Positions 1 to 7,842 of a stretch of 36,734 nucleotides of DNA are shown piece by piece (position 1 is the stretch's first letter; the number at the start of each line of letters is the position of its first letter). The position numbers were made by a program, and so were the translations under genes. Below the pieces are notes generated by a model that saw only the letters and a program-made list of their open reading frames with translations, ran no database searches and was not told where the DNA came from. Source of the stretch: Methanobacteriota archaeon (GTDB taxonomy: Archaea; Thermoplasmatota; Poseidoniia; Poseidoniales; Poseidoniaceae); assembly GCA_009936765.1 (NCBI GenBank), contig JAACDL010000190.1, positions 1-36,734 of the forward strand. The letters are read 5' to 3'.

Positions 1-1600
1 ATTCCAATCTCTGTTCCAGGGCATTCATCCATCAAATCGTTGACCCCATCATCGTCAGTATCCTTCTGAGCTAAGTTACAGCCATTTTCATCGATAGTCA
101 ATTCTGGGTTTGAATCTGGACATGAATCGTATGGATCAAATATTCCATCATCATCTGAATCTACTTCCTTCTGACTATCGGAACACCCAATGCCATCAAC
201 TGTTTCGCCAACTGGAGTACTTGGGCACATATCTTCAGCATTTGATACGAAATCTTGATCGTCGTCTTTCTGGTATTCAGAACAACCAACACTGTCAACA
301 TCCTGGCCTTCCGCGGTATTGTTGCAGTCATCTAATTCATCAGAAATTCCGTCATTGTCTGAATCTACTTCATCTCCAACAATCGGGCAACCAACACCAA
401 TTGTTCCATTGATTACTCCATAATCGTAAGGGCATTTGTCAGGTTCGTTCCCATTTTGGTTGTCTCCCCAACCATCTCCATCAGAATCTGCCACTTGAGT
501 ACTATCATCGGGGAAAGCGTCTGCTGAATCTTCTCTGCCGTCTCCGTCAGTATCAGTGCAGCCATAATAGTCTACAACAGCGCCTTGAGTGTCTACTGAT
601 GTAGTAGAATTACCAGCAACGCTTGGACAATTATCCAGTTCAAGATTAATGGCAATACTAGGATTTCTGTAATTATATGATTCATTCGATGGATCTTTCT
701 GGTCCGAACTACAGCCATCATCATCTGAAGTACCTACGGTGTTTTCACACCAATCGTTCCTGTTTGGAACATTATCTCCATCGTCATCCATGTATGCATA
801 TGATGTCCAATTATTTGGGTATGAGTCCCCGTCTGTATCATTGGCAGCCCATTCATTTGAAGGGAATTTATCAGGTAGAGTTGCACCATCTGATGAGTTG
901 TCACCATATCCATCGCCATCTGAATCGGCCCATTGAGTACCATCATTAGGCCACCAATCTGCGCCATCTTCTTCAGTCCATTCTCTGGAAGTTCCGAAAT
1001 CAGATGGGTCAGATGCGCCATCGCCATCTGTGTCTACACAGCCTAGACGATCTCTGTATGAGTACCCTTGAACCCACCAGCACTTATCGCCGGACTCTTG
1101 GTCGGAATCGTTATCGCCATATCCATCATTGTCATCGTCTTTCCATTGCTTGGGGTTGTAAGGGAATAGGTCAGCCATACTTTGTTCTACAATTCCAAGA
1201 ACTGTGACATTGCAGCAATCTGGGCCATGGTTGTCGCCGATTCTATCTCCATCGGAATCCAAAGCTTGTTTCCAATTAGTAGGGAATCTGTCGCCATTTA
1301 CGAAAGTGGCTGAGTTATCTGCCCAGCCATCCTGGTCTAAATCATCACATCCAACCATTGCCCACCAAGACATTCCATCGTCGTTAACGCAATCATCAGC
1401 AACATCAGACCAACCATCTTCATCATAATCATCACATCCAAACTTGTCGATGTAAGATTCGCCATTTTCCGAAGGGCAAGCATCGGGTGCTGGACCTAGA
1501 GGGTTGTCACCATATCCATCTGAATCTGAGTCCTCCCATTGGTTGCCGACTTGTGGCTTGTTATCATGAGAATCCGGAATCAAATCTCTGTCTGTGTCCT
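1..1600 (-). repeat. Thrombospondin type-3-like Ca-binding repeats (protein-level) in the giant ORF
   Basis: Recurrent QWxDxDxDGYGDN, DxCP and GCxDxDxDGxSD, e.g. QWEDSDSDGYGDNPLGPAPDACP, DAFPDDSTQVADSDGDGWGDN. Confidence 0.9.
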
Positions 1601-4600
1601 GCATTAATCTCATTGCATAGAAATGACCATTCGATGATTGTGAATAAGCAAACATAATCATTCCATCTTCTTGCACATCTAGAGGTACAGGATTTTCTGT
1701 GGCAATAGCAGGGAATGAAGTTGAGATTACAGGGAGATTACTAGATTCAACCAATCCAGTGGTCCACACTAGATGATTATCCTCGTTTGTACTGGTAGCA
1801 TGCCATCTTCCTGAATCGACTAATAGTTCAACACTTGAATTAGTATCTGGAATGTCAACAGCCGTATAATTCCAAGAGCCCGCACCGTCTTCAATTAGTA
1901 AACCTTGAACTGTATTATTGGCATCGAATAGAATGACCTGTCCTGACATAGCCAAACTGTGTCCTTCAGTAACTCCCAATAGCCAAGTATCACTCACTAC
2001 AGTCCAATTCCCACCACTGATTGAACGTTCTAAGACGATTAGGTGGTCTGAATCTATCAGAGAAATTACAATTTTATCATCTAACAGTTCAATTTCGAAT
2101 TGCGAGGTTGTATTTGCGCCAATTATGTCTGTAGCATTGGAAGTACCGTTATCATATTCTACTAACTGTAACATTGTTGAACTATTTGAAACTGCAACTT
2201 GAACGAACATCAGAACATCGTCATCAGACATTATCGATTCAAAATCTTCTCCAATTGTTGTGTTGAGAATTGAAGTCTCATTCCATGTACCATCTAAGGT
2301 TGCCATTCGCACCATGTAGTCGTCATCGTCAACAAATACCATGTGAGTTCGATCTTCAGAATCGAGATGTATACCGATCGGATAAGCTAAGTCGATTGAA
2401 CTCTTGACTGTAGTTGTAGTGAATCCAGTAGAAGATTCTTCAGTGTAAAAGATTGATGAGAAGCCTGATGAGAAGTGACCTAATCTCTGATGACCATTTG
2501 AGTCGACTGTAGAGGCCATTTGCTCACCTAGCCCGTTACCAGAACCTAAAGCAAACTCTATTGCTGTATTACCGGTTAGTGAGAGAGACATTATTTCACT
2601 CGAAGAATGGAATAGAATTGTAGGTTTGCCCGCATTTGAAATCCCGATATTCGCTTGATGAGCATTGGTTAATTCACGAGTTAGCCAACGTCCTGATGGA
2701 GTTCCATCTAGAGTATTCTCCATCAATAGCAAACTAGAATCATCCAGCATAGCCATTATCAGAGGTGTGCCTCTCAATGGAGTGTGCATCTCGATTCCTA
2801 CTACTGGTTGGTCAAAATCAAAGTCGATGTACTCCCAATCCCTTTCGGACATTATTGTCAAAACTGGGCCAAAACTTTCTCCTCGATTTAAGTCTCTAGA
2901 TGAATAAATCAACTCACCCATCCCATCTCCATTTACATCTATTCCAGTGAGAAGATTCAATCCTACATTCTGTCCTGCAGAACCTTGAGCAAATATTTGA
3001 GTCTCGGTTCTAGGACCGTTTTGTGAACCCAAGTAAAGGTGTACTTTACCGGCCTTAGATGATGATGGAGCCATAACTAGGAAATCGGAATAACCATCTT
3101 CGTTAATGTCGCCAGCAGGAGATATTGTTTGTCCTAGAAGGGCGTTCGCGAAATTACCCTTGTCTGTCCAAGTGCCGGGCCCGGAAACAGGCCCGGTACT
3201 AGAACCAGCCCACATGTGGACTTTACCTTCGTGATATAATCCATCAGCGAACAATTCACTGACTAGTATATCATCAAAGCCGTCTCCGTCTACATCACCT
3301 ATGAATGACATTTCAACACCGTACAATTTCCCTTGCGTTAAAGGGGCATGAACAATTGCTGCTGTTGGATTAATTCCACTAGCATTACCCATGTAGAACT
3401 CTACAGAAGAATAACCGGTCGGACTATCGATTGTCCCAGTGTTAGAAACGGCCATGTCCATGAATCCATCACCATTTATGTCTCCATTACCGATAACTTG
3501 GCGACCAAACATTGTACCCGAACCTGTTTGAGTAATGTTAGCATGGTGAACCATCGATGTGTTATTTCCTTTGAGTACCATTACCAAGCCGTTTTCTGAA
3601 AGAGTTGGAGTCAATGTATTTTCTAGAATCATTTTGTCAGCAACTACGGCTAAATCTGTACATCCATCAGATTCCACATCACCAAGAGATGTCAATGACC
3701 ATCCAAGGTTATCATCATCGCTTCCATTCATTTCCCACCAAGTAGAGGTCGAGATTCCTGAAGCAGAACCTAATCTTATCGAAATATGCCCAGAATTGTT
3801 CACACCAAGACCTGGCTCACTGGAAGCAATGTCGTCAAAACCATCACAGTTGAAATCTCCAATTGCGATTCCAAACCCAAGCATGGAATCACTGTACGAG
3901 CCTACAAGGATTCTGTCAGCTAATGCTCCAGGTCCGTCTGGTGAGCCGTAATGAATTGAGATTGTTCCATTACCATCAGGGTCGGTGTACACGATATCGT
4001 CCTTGCCATCACCATTCAGATCTCCAGCAAGGAGTTCACCTTCTACTGAATCATCATCATAGTTGATGACCCAATTGGAGTCAGGGTCTATCCTACCTGT
4101 GTCTTTTCCTGCAAGACTTCGTAGCAAAGAGAGTGTGTTATTTCCTAACCCATCTGATTTTGAGTAGGTTATCTGTTCAATATCGTTGATGTCTAAATCC
4201 ATACCTATGGCTGATGAAACTGTGCTTCCTCTTGCCAGTATTTGTCTAACCTCCATGGTATCATTGAATTTGATTAAGCGGACTTCTCCTTCAGCGGAAT
4301 TAGTGTAAACCACGTGAATCATATCGTCTGAATCAATCGCCACTTCGATATCATCACCGACTGGACCAACATCCAGAATGGTGTGATTCCAAAATGCTTT
4401 ATTGAACCAAAGGTGATGTAATGCCTGGTCTAGATCTTGGAACATTATGTGACTCTTGAATTCCGAGTCGAATGAAATCTTAAGACCGCTGTTGAATACA
4501 TCTTCAGCGATTGTACGTAAGTGCCAAGTCCTTTCAAGGTAAACTGAGTTTTCTTCGGCTAATCGTGCTAGGCGCAAATCATCTCCGATATTGTAAACCA

Positions 4601-5054
4601 CCTGAATTCGATTGTTGGCACCTATAGCAACTGCACATTCATCAGCATTCAAACCATTGCTTAATGCCTCTACAAGTAGAGTATCCATTGTACCATCCAG
4701 GTGTATTGTATGGAGGTTAACATCGGATGAATTTAGAGAACAAGCATAACCAATGCCAACATCGGTTACTATCAAATCCATCGGTTTGCTTGACATATCA
4801 CCATATGAAGAGGCGTTCCAATAATCTAAAACCGATTCACCACGAACTACCCAATTTTTACCATCTACGGAAATCAAGTCGCCTTCAAGGTCATGACCAG
4901 AGCCACTAGAAAAGCCTACTGAGTTAGATTTTTCTGATTCATCATCCAATGATTCACCTACAGGGAAAACGAATAGTGGAGATATAATTTGGATGATGAA
5001 AATGGCGGAAATTGCTAGTGGAAGACCCTTGCTTCGCCATGACATATCCCCCAT
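1..5054 (-). CDS. Giant secreted/surface protein (>1680 aa, C-terminus beyond the left edge): signal peptide, propeller-like region, 7 FG-GAP repeats, second propeller-like region, thrombospondin type-3 repeats
   Basis: Manual translation from ATG 5054 (or 5045): MGDMSWRSKGLPLAISAIFIIQIISPLFVFP...; the same frame reads ...KDTDDDGVNDLMDECPGTEIG at the window edge. It is absent from the ORF track, consistent with no in-frame stop inside the window. Confidence 0.9.
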   Translation of the reverse strand, partial: MGDMSWRSKGLPLAISAIFIIQIISPLFVFPVGESLDDESEKSNSVGFSSGSGHDLEGDLISVDGKNWVVRGESVLDYWNASSYGDMSSKPMDLIVTDVGIGYACSLNSSDVNLHTIHLDGTMDTLLVEALSNGLNADECAVAIGANNRIQVVYNIGDDLRLARLAEENSVYLERTWHLRTIAEDVFNSGLKISFDSEFKSHIMFQDLDQALHHLWFNKAFWNHTILDVGPVGDDIEVAIDSDDMIHVVYTNSAEGEVRLIKFNDTMEVRQILARGSTVSSAIGMDLDINDIEQITYSKSDGLGNNTLSLLRSLAGKDTGRIDPDSNWVINYDDDSVEGELLAGDLNGDGKDDIVYTDPDGNGTISIHYGSPDGPGALADRILVGSYSDSMLGFGIAIGDFNCDGFDDIASSEPGLGVNNSGHISIRLGSASGISTSTWWEMNGSDDDNLGWSLTSLGDVESDGCTDLAVVADKMILENTLTPTLSENGLVMVLKGNNTSMVHHANITQTGSGTMFGRQVIGNGDINGDGFMDMAVSNTGTIDSPTGYSSVEFYMGNASGINPTAAIVHAPLTQGKLYGVEMSFIGDVDGDGFDDILVSELFADGLYHEGKVHMWAGSSTGPVSGPGTWTDKGNFANALLGQTISPAGDINEDGYSDFLVMAPSSSKAGKVHLYLGSQNGPRTETQIFAQGSAGQNVGLNLLTGIDVNGDGMGELIYSSRDLNRGESFGPVLTIMSERDWEYIDFDFDQPVVGIEMHTPLRGTPLIMAMLDDSSLLLMENTLDGTPSGRWLTRELTNAHQANIGISNAGKPTILFHSSSEIMSLSLTGNTAIEFALGSGNGLGEQMASTVDSNGHQRLGHFSSGFSSIFYTEESSTGFTTTTVKSSIDLAYPIGIHLDSEDRTHMVFVDDDDYMVRMATLDGTWNETSILNTTIGEDFESIMSDDDVLMFVQVAVSNSSTMLQLVEYDNGTSNATDIIGANTTSQFEIELLDDKIVISLIDSDHLIVLERSISGGNWTVVSDTWLLGVTEGHSLAMSGQVILFDANNTVQGLLIEDGAGSWNYTAVDIPDTNSSVELLVDSGRWHATSTNEDNHLVWTTGLVESSNLPVISTSFPAIATENPVPLDVQEDGMIMFAYSQSSNGHFYAMRLMQDTDRDLIPDSHDNKPQVGNQWEDSDSDGYGDNPLGPAPDACPSENGESYIDKFGCDDYDEDGWSDVADDCVNDDGMSWWAMVGCDDLDQDGWADNSATFVNGDRFPTNWKQALDSDGDRIGDNHGPDCCNVTVLGIVEQSMADLFPYNPKQWKDDDNDGYGDNDSDQESGDKCWWVQGYSYRDRLGCVDTDGDGASDPSDFGTSREWTEEDGADWWPNDGTQWADSDGDGYGDNSSDGATLPDKFPSNEWAANDTDGDSYPNNWTSYAYMDDDGDNVPNRNDWCENTVGTSDDDGCSSDQKDPSNESYNYRNPSIAINLELDNCPSVAGNSTTSVDTQGAVVDYYGCTDTDGDGREDSADAFPDDSTQVADSDGDGWGDNQNGNEPDKCPYDYGVINGTIGVGCPIVGDEVDSDNDGISDELDDCNNTAEGQDVDSVGCSEYQKDDDQDFVSNAEDMCPSTPVGETVDGIGCSDSQKEVDSDDDGIFDPYDSCPDSNPELTIDENGCNLAQKDTDDDGVNDLMDECPGTEIG
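2900..4040 (-). repeat. Seven FG-GAP (integrin-alpha-like beta-propeller) repeats
   Basis: GDLNGDGKDDIV, GDFNCDGFDDIA, GDVESDGCTDLA, GDINGDGFMDMA, GDVDGDGFDDIL, GDINEDGYSDFL, IDVNGDGMGELI at roughly 55-65 aa spacing. Boundaries are approximate. Confidence 0.85.
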
Positions 5055-5095
5055 CACGCCCCCCGCCCTACATTACTATTCCCAACAAATGATTA

Positions 5096-5115
5096 CGGCC
5101 CCCTATAGGGGGCCG
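5096..5115. promoter_or_regulatory. Perfect 20-bp GC-rich palindrome CGGCCCCCTATAGGGGGCCG in a divergent intergenic region
   Basis: The sequence equals its own reverse complement and extends to TTAC...GTAA with one bulge. Its function is not established. Confidence 0.5.
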
Positions 5116-5167
5116 GTAAATACAATCCAATCGAACCGCTTGAATCGGTGAATCTCATGGCCCCAAT

Positions 5168-5746
5168 ATGGCGGACATGGTGCTGGTCGTTGCGAATGGC
5201 GAATGGAGCGACTCGGGATTAGTTGAAACTATGATTGAGACTTCAACTTTCAAGATTGCATTGGATGGAGCTGCAGACCGATTTGACACATGGGATGTGG
5301 TTGTTGGAGACATGGACTCAATCTCTAATCCTGAACATCACGAGCCTGCCACAAACCAGAACTATTCTGACCTTGCTAAAGCCCTAAAAATGTATGATGT
5401 TGATGCGATTGTTGGAGTTGCTGGAGGAAGGTTAGATCATCAAATCGCAGCGTACACATCTTTATTCGAAAGTAACTCTGATGCAATTCTATATTTTGAT
5501 GGATGGAGAGCGTGTCGAGTCCATCCTGATGGTTTACAAATTGATTTAGCGATTGGAACAATTTGTTCTTTAATGCCGTTTGGAAATGTCAATAATGTCA
5601 CCTGTAACGGAGTAGAATTTATTCTTGAAAATGAGGATATATCAACGGGAACAAGGGGTGTTGGAAATAGAGTAACAGAAGAGGTCGTAAATATCTCACA
5701 TGAAGGGGGAGATCTACTCTTCATTTGGGAGGCAAATGCGCCCTGA
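5168..5746 (+). CDS. thiN: Thiamine pyrophosphokinase (thiamine diphosphokinase)
   Basis: Motifs ANG, ALDGAA, GDMDSI, QNYSDLAKAL, GGRLDHQIA and C-terminal SLMP...GVGN of the TPK family. Confidence 0.9.
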   Translation: MADMVLVVANGEWSDSGLVETMIETSTFKIALDGAADRFDTWDVVVGDMDSISNPEHHEPATNQNYSDLAKALKMYDVDAIVGVAGGRLDHQIAAYTSLFESNSDAILYFDGWRACRVHPDGLQIDLAIGTICSLMPFGNVNNVTCNGVEFILENEDISTGTRGVGNRVTEEVVNISHEGGDLLFIWEANAP

Positions 5747-6581
5747 TAAACCGTGAATACTCTTCTTTACCATCCCAAGTTCTTGCTCTTTCATCAACTC
5801 TTGAGGCTTCAACTGTAGATTCGTATCCACCCCAATCCTCAATCAACTTGAGCTTCCATGCTGCTTTGGCTGAATGGCCAGGGAATAAAGTCCTCCACAT
5901 ATTTGGAATCCTGCCCGGAGTGATTAGATTGACTTGGTCAACAATCGAGGTTGTACAGGTCTTACCAAATGTGTGGTACCACTCGGGTTTCTCTCCAAGA
6001 GAATTTAGTCGGTCACATAAAGCGTTGAATAATGCCTTGTCTTTGCCAGGAGGAGTCTGAACTCTGTAGAGGTGGACCTTGTGCTTTCTGCCGTTAGTTC
6101 TCAAGTGCAGTGCGTCTCTTTCTGTAGCTACAAGTAGGTACAACTCAAATGCACGCCACATACCTTGCCATGGGTCATATTTCTCCCCAACTTCTCTACG
6201 GGTTTCGAAAGAGAAGGTGATGAATTGACCATCACTAAATTCGAATGTTAACATTGTATGGGCAAGCGCCTTTATTTTGTGGAAATGGTCGATTACATAC
6301 CAGACATCTGTGATCTCATCGGTGTCAACACTAGTGTCTATCCACTTTGAGTCGTGGTCCCTTTTACCACTCCATGTGAAATCTCTAACATTTTTCAGGG
6401 AAACTTTCGAGCCTTTGTAGGATGCTATGCCGTGGTGAGCATTATCTGCAACCCAGTTTTTTTCTAAACCTGGAATTTGAGATTGGAGGTGAACATACCT
6501 TTTCCAAATTGCTTTAATTAACATCAGCAGTAGACCAGTGCCGCTGATTATCATTGTCCAAAACGCAATGTCGCGCAGCAA
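5721..6581 (-). CDS. DUF4105 / Lnb N-terminal-domain-like protein with a single N-terminal TM helix
   Basis: LKNVRDFTW, AHTMLTFEF, SFETRREVGEKY, FELYLLVATERD, YHTFGKTCTT match DUF4105 motifs, with putative His/Cys catalytic residues. TTG start. Confidence 0.75.
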   Translation of the reverse strand: MLRDIAFWTMIISGTGLLLMLIKAIWKRYVHLQSQIPGLEKNWVADNAHHGIASYKGSKVSLKNVRDFTWSGKRDHDSKWIDTSVDTDEITDVWYVIDHFHKIKALAHTMLTFEFSDGQFITFSFETRREVGEKYDPWQGMWRAFELYLLVATERDALHLRTNGRKHKVHLYRVQTPPGKDKALFNALCDRLNSLGEKPEWYHTFGKTCTTSIVDQVNLITPGRIPNMWRTLFPGHSAKAAWKLKLIEDWGGYESTVEASRVDERARTWDGKEEYSRFIRAHLPPK

Positions 6582-7842
6582 CTCCCCACCTCTTCCACAT
6601 CAAAGAGGCACGATCCCACCAGTCGACTTCACCATCACCATGACGGCGCCAAAGCATGCCGTTTTCATCGACGTGAGTAGGTAGACCTTCAGAATCAGGC
6701 TCACCGATCTCATTGAGCATACTTCTTCCCATTTCATCATCCTCTGGGCCCTTCATCATCAGTACGAATACTGCAATTCCCAAGACTAATGATAGTACTA
6801 TAATTCCATAAATCCCAACAGATGAAGTTTCTGTTTCCTCGCCACGGGATAGTACCGGAGCGTCATCATCTTCAACTTCTGAATCAGGAGATGGCGTTCT
6901 GATTAGCATAGTTCCACCAGTGGTACTTATTTCCTCATCATTGGTAACAGTTAACAGAATCTTGTAAACTCCTGAACCCCATTTCGAGCAGTCTAATGTG
7001 CTAGAGTTAGCAACCACTCCAATTGAAGGAGTAATTGTCCAATCTTTGGTATATCCGAAATGGTCTTCGCCTGTTGCCTGTAAGTGAGAAACAGTACAAG
7101 GAGTTCCAGCTAGTTGTTCGTCACCATCGATTTCAATTGTAAAATGCGGAGGAGGTTTGTTGACAATAACTAGTTCAAGAGTATCTGATGTTGTCTGTCC
7201 AAGGCCATTCTGGTAAGTCTCGCTTACAACATATGTTCCTGCAGGCCAGTTACTACAATCCAATACAGTATCATCATCTAAGACTTTGAATGGAGTGCCG
7301 ACAATAGATCGAGTGCCGACAAAATTCCACCTAGGTCCGGTTTCATCAATGAAGTTCCTAGTTATTTCACATGTGTCACCAGTTTGCATTATTTCTGAGC
7401 CGGACAATACTAGGTCTGCTGAAGGTACTGCTAAAGCAGGACTTAAGTCAAAGACTCCAATGTTTATCGACTTGAGAAGTCTACCATCTGCATCACTTAT
7501 TTCGAGGACTAATCGATGCTCGCCTACAGCCCATGAATCGTATGTCAAAGAAGCATTTTCTTGATCTTCAAATGCCATCAAAACCTCTTCTTGTACAGTA
7601 AATCCGGAATGCTCTCCGATTAATGTGAGAGTCAAATCAATCCATTGCTGGGTTGAATTCAGTACTACTACTACTCTAATCGCATCCATCATTCCATCTT
7701 GGTTACTATCTAGACTATCATTTCGAAGCGCAACCAAATTCAACCCAGCTGCGACAAATGGATCAGATTCTTCCTCTTCAGCAACTACTTGTCCCGTGAA
7801 GCAAAGTGAGAACATTAGAGCAATCAAAAACCACTCACGCAT
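6514..7842 (-). CDS. Type I membrane protein with Ig/PKD-like repeats and a Trp-rich cytoplasmic tail
   Basis: Start moved to ATG 7842 (GGAGGTGA 5 nt upstream; overlaps the previous stop). Signal peptide, two repeats GxxC...LDCSxWxxGxY, C-terminal TM helix, tail DENGMLWRRHGDGEVDWWDR. Confidence 0.75.
   Translation of the reverse strand: MREWFLIALMFSLCFTGQVVAEEEESDPFVAAGLNLVALRNDSLDSNQDGMMDAIRVVVVLNSTQQWIDLTLTLIGEHSGFTVQEEVLMAFEDQENASLTYDSWAVGEHRLVLEISDADGRLLKSINIGVFDLSPALAVPSADLVLSGSEIMQTGDTCEITRNFIDETGPRWNFVGTRSIVGTPFKVLDDDTVLDCSNWPAGTYVVSETYQNGLGQTTSDTLELVIVNKPPPHFTIEIDGDEQLAGTPCTVSHLQATGEDHFGYTKDWTITPSIGVVANSSTLDCSKWGSGVYKILLTVTNDEEISTTGGTMLIRTPSPDSEVEDDDAPVLSRGEETETSSVGIYGIIVLSLVLGIAVFVLMMKGPEDDEMGRSMLNEIGEPDSEGLPTHVDENGMLWRRHGDGEVDWWDRASLMWKRWGVAARHCVLDNDNQRHWSTADVN

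Noticed and set aside
110..4909. Many short His/Ser-rich ORFs in the track (and similar ones opposite other large genes)
   Set aside because: They are antisense or out-of-frame shadows of Asp/Gly-rich real genes (GAT/GGT codons read as CAT/TCA/CCA) and carry no family motifs.
5055..5167. TPP riboswitch upstream of thiN
   Set aside because: The conserved CTGAGA and ACCTGA...GCGNAGG core elements are absent on both strands, and thiN appears leaderless.
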